Shown piece by piece: positions 17,601-26,079 of a stretch of 64,000 nt of DNA (position 1 is the stretch's first letter; each line of letters begins with the position of its first letter). The position numbers and the translations under genes are program-made. This DNA comes from a virus. The notes under the pieces are model-generated. The model worked only from the letters and a program-made list of their open reading frames with translations, had not been told where the DNA came from and searched no databases. The stretch covers positions 18,604 through 82,603 of the IMG/VR virus record IMGVR_UViG_3300034283_001913. One strand, 5' to 3'.

Positions 17601-19767
17601 CGTAGGCTATAAGCAAAGACTTCGTAATCAATATGGTCAAATAGAAGGTATAATTCAGGTTCCGGTATCAACTTGTTGGACAGATAAGAGTACTAAATCT
17701 ACTGCTGAAACAGTAACACTTTTTAATGGTGATATTTACTTAGCTAGATATACAGAAAAGAATACTTTCTTCTATTTCTACGATTGGTTGTATGATCAGC
17801 CGGATGGTTATGAGTTTAACTATCTAGAAAAGCGGATGCTTCCTTATCCTCGCTTTTGGCTCAATAGTCAAAAGTTTGAAGTACAGGATTCTATATCGGC
17901 GCTTACTGATTCAGTGACGTCGTTGTTTACACCTAGCGATCCAATTTGGGAACAGATTCCACCTAGTAGACAATTTTCTTTAGATGGATATTCTTGTCAT
18001 GGTATCCTTACTCTTCAAGGAAAAGGCTTTGCTGTAAAGTTTGCGTACTTTTATCTTTTCAACTCTGGAGTAAAAGATTTCTTTGTTGAGACAGAGATTA
18101 ACGTAGGCTTACGTGATTGGGGCGATATGGATTCTCAGAAACATTACCCTATCCTCGATGTCAAAGCTCTTTTTGATACTTCGATTATAAAAGCCGGTAA
18201 CTATTACAAATACGATATAAGTCTGGGCATTGGTAAAACGTATCTCAACTATGTTTCCTGGGGAGAAACACAACCTAGAATATATGATCCAAACCTAGCT
18301 GAAACTTGTTATCAGTATTATCCTACAAGAGTAATCTACTCTCTACCTGCACAACGTGAAGGCACAAGAGATAACTGGTACTTGTTTCTTGCCAACAACT
18401 ACTTTGATTTTAACAATAAAGTAAGTTGTATCAAACCGATTAATAAAAACGGTGCGGTAATCTTTTTCTATGCCGAAAGCCCTGTACAATTCTTAGGAGT
18501 AGACCAGCTTCAAACAGATGCTGGTACTAAGCTTACGATTGGTGATGGAGGATTGTTTAGTCAACCTATGCAGAGTCTTCTTAATGCTGACAAACCATAT
18601 CAGTATGGATCTTGTCAAGACAGACTTAGTGTAATCAATACTCCTCTAGGTATCTATTGGATTAACCAAGACCAAGGTAAAATCTTCACTATCAAAGGTG
18701 GTATAACAGAAATATCCGGCGAAGATTTGAGATGGTGGTTCCTTAACTATTTACCATACAAGCTTCTCGAGGCCTTCCCTAATTTTGAGTTAGTAGAAAA
18801 CCCAGTAATCGGTATAGGATGTCAATCTATCTACGACAACGAAAACCAGTTAGCGTATTTTACTAAGCGAGATTTTGTTGTAAAAAGAAGTCTTCCGGCT
18901 GGGACTACTATTACATATGTAAACAGGGATAACTTCCTTGTAAACAATATGCTTCCGATAAAGCTAGGCGATCCTGATTATTTTGAAGATGCATCCTGGA
19001 CCGTAAGTTTTGATCCTAAGCGAGGAGCTTGGATTAGCTGGCACGATTGGCATCCTAATCTTTTGATCCCAGGTAAAAATACTTTCCTGAGCGTTCTTAA
19101 TGATAATCCTAATCAGAATCAGGAGAATGGTATATGGATACATAATTACCGCTGTGACAGCTACTGTAACTATTACGGTATAGACTATCCTTTCGAGATA
19201 GAATATATGGTCAACACTGTGCAGAACGTAAACACATTGCGGTCGATTCAGTATCAGATGGAAGTATACAAATATGCTGATAACTGCTACGATCGATTCC
19301 ATGTGCTAGATTTTAACTTTGATGAAGCTGTTGTTTATAACACAGAACAGTGTTCAGGTCTTCTCAAGCTTAATCTTACACCTAAGAACAATGCTCCTTT
19401 GATCTTGAGCTATCCACAGGTTAACCCGACTAATATTGAGATCCTTTATTCTAAAGAAGAACAGAAGTATCGCTTCAATCAGTTTTGGGATATTACAGAT
19501 AGCAGAGGAGAGTTTCCGATTGGATCGGCTTATCCTCCTCCTACACCTAACGTAGGTTCGTATGCTGAGAGGATGATTTGGAACACAGAACCTAATGGTT
19601 ATGTTAGGATTCTTAATCCAAATAACTTAAATTATAGTAAAGATCCTCTGCAAAGAAAAAAGTTTAGACACTACGCAAATTTTGTATTTTTACGTAGAAA
19701 GGTGTCTGGCAATCGTAAGATCCTGGTACTCATTACAAACAACAAAAATCTTCTATCTCAGCGATGA
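14686..19767 (+). CDS. Muzzle / tail stabilisation protein
   Basis: 1693 aa; MNED...ARNA..N...IGNE N-terminus, YMRDEVYAFFI, IRHHRFPD, WTVSFDP...WISWHDW; typical of crAss tail stabilisation proteins. Confidence 0.75.
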   Translation: MAGLQNTSSQDPRRFDKEMNEDINDFHLSPDSWTQARNAINNSKTGDIGKIGNEPSNLFCTKAPYPIIGVIHTQADEWVVFSTDDVNSEIGTFKESSCTYTTLVNDPCLAFDRANLIKGVSRPTGECSFKVYWDDGKNPSRVLDLENIPWIQVCTDENGVVIPGPAGYDPVGCITCVDTTNLDCDKIRLARLVTQPCITVQKGTGGGTLPNGSYFAVIAYTIGGSNTEISSQKVTDYFPPSNLQSLFDHENVAGSLDIIIDSIDPDFDEYELVLVSIINQQTVARRVGIYSTQQKRVTLDIIDSRWVSVPIENIPIRTTVFERSDAMFSVNDYLIRTGPRARFDFNYQPLANQIVTKWVAVEYDQDYYKDGGSNTGYMRDEVYAFFIRWIYDTGDKSASYHIPGRPAFAGEKNFQVSDALPEEISGGFNYKWVIENTASQIGPPTAIPTADGGFQIAEGYMGYWESTEEYPDKKPEIWNANDPAHPWTAPNIVPYPGTNPNANGDYDLCGEKIRHHRFPDSILNFTNGTANHFVGSSPNFNGDPAIRIMGVKFENVRPPVDNQGNIISGVVGFEILRSTRQGNRTVLAKGVVSNMGVYTIEGNITPRTGLYPNYPYNDLNIDPFLSATETNAPVCKIDGSPTAAGDGYTPVGSFSNTIYSFHSPDTNFSKPFLSGKEFKIYEELRGTVTGKFEFSERHPKTKLISNTAFYTSVIVGIGIASVAMNGERTIRRNMPYQIMTPTDLITNAPGVAAANAGYGVMATALATANAAAWDAGGILGLNALGFGPGTYYATLATIGATAGIIPGLAGYSYQIDQKGGATEDIPVPLLIVQGIPTFISFWSQGVDSTLDLIRSIIKYRDFALKYNSHCLYDSFAIPPVSGDRRRSIIEQSYLGPNILDFGSNYRINNLFRSTTVALQVNSPLPFPVGDNTRQLATSPVANLMEPYGLFNNQMRLINPTAKAFTTNSVCYYVGYKQRLRNQYGQIEGIIQVPVSTCWTDKSTKSTAETVTLFNGDIYLARYTEKNTFFYFYDWLYDQPDGYEFNYLEKRMLPYPRFWLNSQKFEVQDSISALTDSVTSLFTPSDPIWEQIPPSRQFSLDGYSCHGILTLQGKGFAVKFAYFYLFNSGVKDFFVETEINVGLRDWGDMDSQKHYPILDVKALFDTSIIKAGNYYKYDISLGIGKTYLNYVSWGETQPRIYDPNLAETCYQYYPTRVIYSLPAQREGTRDNWYLFLANNYFDFNNKVSCIKPINKNGAVIFFYAESPVQFLGVDQLQTDAGTKLTIGDGGLFSQPMQSLLNADKPYQYGSCQDRLSVINTPLGIYWINQDQGKIFTIKGGITEISGEDLRWWFLNYLPYKLLEAFPNFELVENPVIGIGCQSIYDNENQLAYFTKRDFVVKRSLPAGTTITYVNRDNFLVNNMLPIKLGDPDYFEDASWTVSFDPKRGAWISWHDWHPNLLIPGKNTFLSVLNDNPNQNQENGIWIHNYRCDSYCNYYGIDYPFEIEYMVNTVQNVNTLRSIQYQMEVYKYADNCYDRFHVLDFNFDEAVVYNTEQCSGLLKLNLTPKNNAPLILSYPQVNPTNIEILYSKEEQKYRFNQFWDITDSRGEFPIGSAYPPPTPNVGSYAERMIWNTEPNGYVRILNPNNLNYSKDPLQRKKFRHYANFVFLRRKVSGNRKILVLITNNKNLLSQR

Positions 19768-22700
19768 AGAAAAAAGGAGCCATAACAAATACCGGGTATC
19801 TACCTAACTCGCCAGATAGGTTTAATGATTTCAACATTATACCTAGTCCTTACATTACAATGCAGGGAGTGCCTTATCCTATAATGGCTATACCTAATAA
19901 CCAGGGTCCTCCGACGGTTATGTATCCTGGACAGAATTACATGTTTCCAGGGAGCACTATGGTGAAGGAAATACCTATGCCTATTTTTGAAACAAAAGAA
20001 GATTTCTATAAAGATGCTCTTCGTAGAAAAAGAGATGCTTACTGGGATAATACTTCTTCTGGATCAGGCATACCGTTTCCTACAGCAAACATGCCTTCAA
20101 GATCTACAGGTGTACCATGGCCTACGGTAAAATCTGAATATACTGGGATAGCAATGCAAGTAGGGGGTCCTAGACCTACTATTGTTTACGATAGAAATGA
20201 TCCTAGATTAAAAGCTTATACAGACAGTCTAAGTACATATAACAACGCTCAGCTTTATAATATAGCGATACAAAATTTAGTAAATCAAAACCTTGCAAAT
20301 CGTGCTACACGTACTCATGATCGTTATTACCTGACAGGATGGGGATCAAATTATGGTTTTTCATCAGAAGACGAAGCAAAGAGAGCTTATCATCAATTTA
20401 AGGGGCAGCAAAATAGACTACAATCTCAATACGGATTAGTGTATAATAATGCTGTTAGTCATACAGTTCCTTTTAGGAGTACAGGAACGTTATATTTTCA
20501 TCATCCTCCAACATATGATCAGCGTCGAGGATTTACAAATGTTTTCGGGGTGTGGCCCCAAACTGCAATTTTTCCAAGACCTCAGCCTGTAATATATCAA
20601 GCGCCTCCTGTACCAGCTAAACCGGCATCTAAACCTAAATCAAGTAAGCCGGTGCCAGCCAAACCTAAACCTGCGCCTACTTCAACTCCTGTTTCAACAC
20701 CAGCACCAGTACCAGCACCAGTACCAGCACCAGTACCTGTACCGGTACCTGTACCGGTACCTGCACCAAAAGTGCCGGCTCCAGTACCAGTAGCTAAACC
20801 TGCTACTTATCAACCTCCTCAATACCAGGTTATGCAAGCAGGTAAACCTCTTTTTAATCCGGATGGTAGCCCGGTGATGCAATCAGGTCGTGCTCCTTTA
20901 CCAGCACACCTTCAAGCACCAAACACAACTCCAGAGCAGCGTGCTGCTTGGTGGACAAGTCATGGATATAATTCAACTGGTACAGGTGTTTATAATGCTC
21001 CACCGATTAAAAAAGGTGGTTGGATTAATCAGTATCAGAAAGGTGGAGTAACTATCAACTCAGAAGAAGAGTATCAAAAATCTCTTCTCATGAAGAATAA
21101 GACTAAGGAGAGAATAGATGCTGAGAGAGCTTGGGTTGCTAAAAAAGTAGCTGCCGCTAATCAAGCTAAAACTCAGCAACCGTTCTTTACCTCTTTTCCA
21201 AAGAGTAGTGGTACACCTTTACCTCAAAGTAGTCCAGCATATACTTATAACTGGAGTCCTGCAGATATTCAATCTAAACCAGGTTCTGTTGCAACACCGC
21301 AAGTAGTTATGACCAGTGCCTCTATGCCTCAATATGATTATATCAGAGAGGGAAAGGTCATTAAAGCTAAGGCAGAAGCAAAAGAAAAAAAGGATGCGGC
21401 TGACTTGCAGGTTCAAAAAAATCTTTATGGTAATACCTTAGGAACACTTAGATACTACGCTAATAAAACAGAGGAATGGGCAGAAGGAGAAGAAGGATCT
21501 AAGTATTATTACAAAGACCCAGATACTGGGCAGATGAGATCTTTTAGCGAAGTAGGAGCTTACGAACAAGTAGGTATACCTTTACAATCTGCAGCGTATG
21601 GTTCTTTTCCACTTTTTGAAGCAGCAGCACCTGTTGTTTCTTTAATGGGAAAAGGAGTTAGTAAAGCTATAGCTCCTATAATGAAGTCAGCATATGTAAC
21701 TAATCTAAAACAATCTTTACCTATAGTTGCTAAGGAAACTAATTACGCAGCGCTACGTTTTCTAAATCCTAAGCTTTATAAGCAACAGGTAGATGCTTTA
21801 AATAGAGGAAATACGTGGTCAAAGAATTGGATACAAGATGCGGCTACTATTGAAAAAATTAATAATGATCTTTTAGCGGGAGATATCGGTATAGAAGCCG
21901 CAGACCGCTTATATCGTTGGGAACATGCTCAGTCTAAATTTTATCCATTAAGAAATCAGTACGCTGATATGCTTATAGGAAGACCTCATATTTTTACTGA
22001 TCCTAAAGATCTTGGCGGCAGCGGTGTCATAGGTGGTGTGTATTACCCTCCAAGTTTTACAGCATATGATGATGCTTTATCAGCAATTTTTCCAAAAAGA
22101 TCAGGACAATCTTGGGTAAATAGAACCCTTTCTCCTGAAGAATTAGAATCTGTTGCGGTGCATGAAAACACACATGCTTGGACTGATGCTAATGATTATT
22201 TACCACAGCTCCATCAGGATGTTTATAGATCTATGATTCGGAATCCGATTTATGCTAGACCTAAAACAGATTTTGCAGAGTATATGGTAGATCCTACAGA
22301 AATACATGCTCGAGTAATGCAGTTACGTCATGCAGAAGGTATAAGACCTAAAGATCTTATTGATGATACTGCGGCCGAAATGTATATGGGATTAGCTTCT
22401 GAAGGTTATTATCGTAACATTTTTGGCGGAAAACAGTTTGGCCAGATGTGGGATAATCCTACTCAAAAAGTAACAGGTTTGTATTTTTCTGAACCTGTTG
22501 AAAGTCAGTATCCTTTAAGTGCTTTGTTTATGGGATCTTATGCTAAAGGCGGATCTACAAATCCAGATACAGCTAAGAGAATTTTACAATCCGGTTATTC
22601 CTACGGCAGAAGACTAAGCACTGCTCAGAGAAGATATTTTGCTGCAATAGCGGGTACTGATGAGTACGGTAATGATCCGAAAGAGCAAATGGAAGACGAA

Positions 22701-25700
22701 ACAGAAGTTATGATGGAGTATAAAAAAGGCGGTCTTAAGCGTGGACGCGATAGCAAGCGCACTTCTAAAAATATAAAGAGCAGTATCAATGAGATTCTTT
22801 ATAAAAGAAATGAAGATCTCTTTGGACCAAAGGGTAAGAAATATTTTAAGCCTTACCAAGATGGTGGTCAACCTGCAGCTCCTATGACTTACGACGAGTA
22901 CGCGGATGCTTATTTTCAAAAGCTTGCGGAACTAGAAGCTGAAAAAGCTCGCGTTGCTCAAGTGAGATCTAATATTATACCTACAGCTCAAAAAATAGAT
23001 GCAGCAGCCAACCCTCAAAAATTCTTAGTAGGAGCACCTGCTACTGGTAATTTTTGCAATGCTTATACAAATCAGTGTTACAATATTGCTGGTGCTACAA
23101 CAGTTGCTCCAATTGGGAACATACCTGCAGGATCTCGTATGCCAATGATTCCTGGTAACCTTGCTCAACAAGCTGTTTTATCTCAAGAAGGAATAGTTCC
23201 TATTCCTTTATCAGAAGCTCAACCAGGAGACATTATAAAGAAAGAGTACTATTCACCGGGTCTTCCTTGGCAAGGAAATTATAATCCGAAAGGAAATCCT
23301 TATTGGTCACCGGGACATAGTATGATCTATGCTGGTACTGATGCTCAAGGAAATCCTATGGTTTACAATAGTCCTGGTGGTAGAAATGTTTTTGAGTCTA
23401 GAACTTTCAAACCTTCTGAGTGGAAAGAAAATACTCGAGGTACTTTTACAGGTAGCCCTATGGGTACATCTAGAATGCAAGCTTATAAGTATGTAGGTAA
23501 TACTCCAACTCTTGAATCAGAAGCTCAACAGAATCGTCAACAGATGCTAGCAGCTACACCTTACATAGCACCAAAACCAGCATATTTGTCTTCTCCAGTT
23601 ACTGGTGTTATTACTCCTAACTACCAGCAAATGTATGATCAAAGAAAAGAGCAGTTTGATCAAGAAAGAAAAGCTATAGAAAATAAAAAATATTTATCAA
23701 AACGTAAGAAAAAAGCTGATTTAGAAGCTCTTGATCAACAAGAAAAAGATACTTTAGCAATGTACATACAACCTACGTCACCCGTAGTACAAAACAACAA
23801 TGATATGAGTACTCCACAAAAAAAGCAAGGAGGCATCGCATTCCCACAGCAGCCTACTGAAGAAAGATTCTTTGAAAGAGGATATGTTCCTAATTCTCCT
23901 GTGGGATTTTATGCTATGGGAGGGCCAACAGATATGATTGCTTTCCCTCAGCAACCGCCGGCAAATATGTTCTTTAGCGGCTATCCGTTCCAACCTCAAT
24001 ATATGGGTGGCGGAAGTACTTATACTCATTATAATATGGGAGGAATTTATCAAAACGGAGGAAGCCCTCAAAATTTAAGTACAGTATATTCTGACTATAA
24101 AACTGTTTATCAAGGGATGTCTCCTCAAGATATTCAGGAAGAATTGTCAAATGTTAATGCTCAAATAGCTGCCCCTAATGTTTATCCTCAAGAAGGATTA
24201 GACATTAAGCGACAAGTTCTTATGGATATACTTTATGCTCCTAAAAAGAATATGGGAGGAAAAGTTCTTCCTGGAGGAGCTCATGAAAATGTTCCTTGTA
24301 TGGAATGCGGAGGAAGCTACGATGTTGGCGGATCAATCTTCGGATACGGTTATCGCCCTGCCACTGAGTTTGGTGGTAATGTAGGTTTAGAGCAAGCTCA
24401 AAATGAGATGGTAGAGACTTACAAAAAGGGTGGTAAAAAAGCTAAAGCTGCTCTAATGAAATACATGCGCTCTATGCGTAAACAAGACGGTGGAGAAGCT
24501 CCTCAGAATGTAGGTCAGAGCGGTTATCTTATGGATAATCAAACAACTTTTAACAACTACCTAAAAGATAATATGCTTACTGCGGTAGATGAAAAAGTTG
24601 CTGATGAAATGTTTCAAGATGGCGGAAGCTTCGGATTCAATCCTTACAACTCTATGCAACAAAGAGCGGATATGAATCGATATAACTCAGGAGAACAAGC
24701 TAGAGCACAAGCTCGTGCTAACATGAGAGCTATGAATCAGCAGTTTATTCCGCAAGCTTATAACTCAATCTTTGCTCAAGCTGGAGCGGCTATGCCGGAC
24801 ACTTATACAGATGATCAAGGTAATGAGGTACCAATGACTCCAGAAAAATGGGCTCAGATACAGGCAGGAACACCGGGAAGTAATACTAATTATGATCCTT
24901 CAATGATTTGTACAAGTCAAGGTTGTTTTCCTCAAAGAACTGGTCAAACATCTTCTAATTATCTTACCAAAGAGGATGCTCAAAAAATGCTTGATGATTA
25001 TCTAAAGCAGTATTACCCTCAGGGAAATTATCCTGTATATAATCCGTATGGATATAATCCTTATGGGTATAATCCTGAGTATAGAACTGGTTATGGCATG
25101 TTCCCTTACAATCCTACTGGACCTTATTACAAAACTAAGTTCAAAGGATGGAGCAACATGCCTACTACGTATAACTGGCAACAAGGCACCGGTTATGTAG
25201 CAAACAATCCTACAGCCGGTATGACTCCTGAACAAATAGAAAAGTACTGGGGAGATAAAGGCTTTAAGGCTAATGTTGAAGTAGATAAAAAAAGCGGCCT
25301 ATTACATACAATTGCTCCTACAAGATTTGCACCTCGCCGAGTAAAGACTAATGTAAGTCTTGAAAGGATGCCTGGTCAAAGCGGATCATCTTCAGCGAGT
25401 GGATCAAGTTCTACAACTGGATCATCTTCGACAACAGGATCAAATTATACAGACCCTAATGCTAATCCTGCAGGAGATATGCCAAGAGATGCTCAAGGAA
25501 ATATCATAATGGCTAATCCTTATGCTCAAAGATTTGAACAAGTTGTGACACCTGAACAAGAACAGCAGATGGATGCTCTTTTATACCGTCGTAAAATGGG
25601 AGGAGCATATGCATACGGTGGATATTATCAAGATGGTGGTGAAGAAACGGCTCATGAAGGAATAGGTAACTCTATGGGTTATAGCACTGATGAGCGTCGT

Positions 25701-26078
25701 CGTTTTGGAATCTTTACAAATCCTTCTACACCACCGTGGATGATTGCCGGATTAGATTTAGGAGCAAGAATCGGAGAGATGGACGAACAACAAGCTATGT
25801 TGGATCGTATCCGCTCTCGTCAAGGAGCGGATGCTAACTATTACGCTCAGGGTATGAAAAAAGGAGATTATACATTTGATATTTATGCCGGACAAAGTTT
25901 CCGCCCAGATCAAATGGGAGCAAAGGTTCAACCTGGATCTATGGGTAATATAGGAGCTATGAATATTGGTAATCCTTATCAAAGTAAACTAGGTGGTGAA
26001 AACGACTATGTTTACATGGATGACAATGAGATTGCGGAGTTTATGGCAAAAGGTGGTACAATTGAATACTTAGACTAA
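19764..26078 (+). CDS. Modular virion cargo protein with zincin-like and NlpC/P60-like domains
   Basis: 2104 aa; HENTH...EIHAR (22161-22175); FCNAY...QPGDII...GHSMIY (23055-23330); ~20 x-x-x-G-G tags; low-complexity linkers. Confidence 0.6.
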   Translation: MKKKGAITNTGYLPNSPDRFNDFNIIPSPYITMQGVPYPIMAIPNNQGPPTVMYPGQNYMFPGSTMVKEIPMPIFETKEDFYKDALRRKRDAYWDNTSSGSGIPFPTANMPSRSTGVPWPTVKSEYTGIAMQVGGPRPTIVYDRNDPRLKAYTDSLSTYNNAQLYNIAIQNLVNQNLANRATRTHDRYYLTGWGSNYGFSSEDEAKRAYHQFKGQQNRLQSQYGLVYNNAVSHTVPFRSTGTLYFHHPPTYDQRRGFTNVFGVWPQTAIFPRPQPVIYQAPPVPAKPASKPKSSKPVPAKPKPAPTSTPVSTPAPVPAPVPAPVPVPVPVPVPAPKVPAPVPVAKPATYQPPQYQVMQAGKPLFNPDGSPVMQSGRAPLPAHLQAPNTTPEQRAAWWTSHGYNSTGTGVYNAPPIKKGGWINQYQKGGVTINSEEEYQKSLLMKNKTKERIDAERAWVAKKVAAANQAKTQQPFFTSFPKSSGTPLPQSSPAYTYNWSPADIQSKPGSVATPQVVMTSASMPQYDYIREGKVIKAKAEAKEKKDAADLQVQKNLYGNTLGTLRYYANKTEEWAEGEEGSKYYYKDPDTGQMRSFSEVGAYEQVGIPLQSAAYGSFPLFEAAAPVVSLMGKGVSKAIAPIMKSAYVTNLKQSLPIVAKETNYAALRFLNPKLYKQQVDALNRGNTWSKNWIQDAATIEKINNDLLAGDIGIEAADRLYRWEHAQSKFYPLRNQYADMLIGRPHIFTDPKDLGGSGVIGGVYYPPSFTAYDDALSAIFPKRSGQSWVNRTLSPEELESVAVHENTHAWTDANDYLPQLHQDVYRSMIRNPIYARPKTDFAEYMVDPTEIHARVMQLRHAEGIRPKDLIDDTAAEMYMGLASEGYYRNIFGGKQFGQMWDNPTQKVTGLYFSEPVESQYPLSALFMGSYAKGGSTNPDTAKRILQSGYSYGRRLSTAQRRYFAAIAGTDEYGNDPKEQMEDETEVMMEYKKGGLKRGRDSKRTSKNIKSSINEILYKRNEDLFGPKGKKYFKPYQDGGQPAAPMTYDEYADAYFQKLAELEAEKARVAQVRSNIIPTAQKIDAAANPQKFLVGAPATGNFCNAYTNQCYNIAGATTVAPIGNIPAGSRMPMIPGNLAQQAVLSQEGIVPIPLSEAQPGDIIKKEYYSPGLPWQGNYNPKGNPYWSPGHSMIYAGTDAQGNPMVYNSPGGRNVFESRTFKPSEWKENTRGTFTGSPMGTSRMQAYKYVGNTPTLESEAQQNRQQMLAATPYIAPKPAYLSSPVTGVITPNYQQMYDQRKEQFDQERKAIENKKYLSKRKKKADLEALDQQEKDTLAMYIQPTSPVVQNNNDMSTPQKKQGGIAFPQQPTEERFFERGYVPNSPVGFYAMGGPTDMIAFPQQPPANMFFSGYPFQPQYMGGGSTYTHYNMGGIYQNGGSPQNLSTVYSDYKTVYQGMSPQDIQEELSNVNAQIAAPNVYPQEGLDIKRQVLMDILYAPKKNMGGKVLPGGAHENVPCMECGGSYDVGGSIFGYGYRPATEFGGNVGLEQAQNEMVETYKKGGKKAKAALMKYMRSMRKQDGGEAPQNVGQSGYLMDNQTTFNNYLKDNMLTAVDEKVADEMFQDGGSFGFNPYNSMQQRADMNRYNSGEQARAQARANMRAMNQQFIPQAYNSIFAQAGAAMPDTYTDDQGNEVPMTPEKWAQIQAGTPGSNTNYDPSMICTSQGCFPQRTGQTSSNYLTKEDAQKMLDDYLKQYYPQGNYPVYNPYGYNPYGYNPEYRTGYGMFPYNPTGPYYKTKFKGWSNMPTTYNWQQGTGYVANNPTAGMTPEQIEKYWGDKGFKANVEVDKKSGLLHTIAPTRFAPRRVKTNVSLERMPGQSGSSSASGSSSTTGSSSTTGSNYTDPNANPAGDMPRDAQGNIIMANPYAQRFEQVVTPEQEQQMDALLYRRKMGGAYAYGGYYQDGGEETAHEGIGNSMGYSTDERRRFGIFTNPSTPPWMIAGLDLGARIGEMDEQQAMLDRIRSRQGADANYYAQGMKKGDYTFDIYAGQSFRPDQMGAKVQPGSMGNIGAMNIGNPYQSKLGGENDYVYMDDNEIAEFMAKGGTIEYLD
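20700..20765 (+). repeat. 12-nt in-frame tandem repeat encoding a (PAPV)/(PVPV) linker
   Basis: CCAGCACCAGTA three times, then CCTGTACCGGTA twice. Confidence 0.85.
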
Positions 26079-26079
26079 C

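Noticed and set aside
20694-20882. Minus-strand YRYRYRYWCWYWCW ORF, or a phase-variable/CRISPR-like repeat
   Set aside because: It is the antisense of an in-frame 12-nt Pro-rich linker repeat; copy-number change keeps the frame and there are no spacers.
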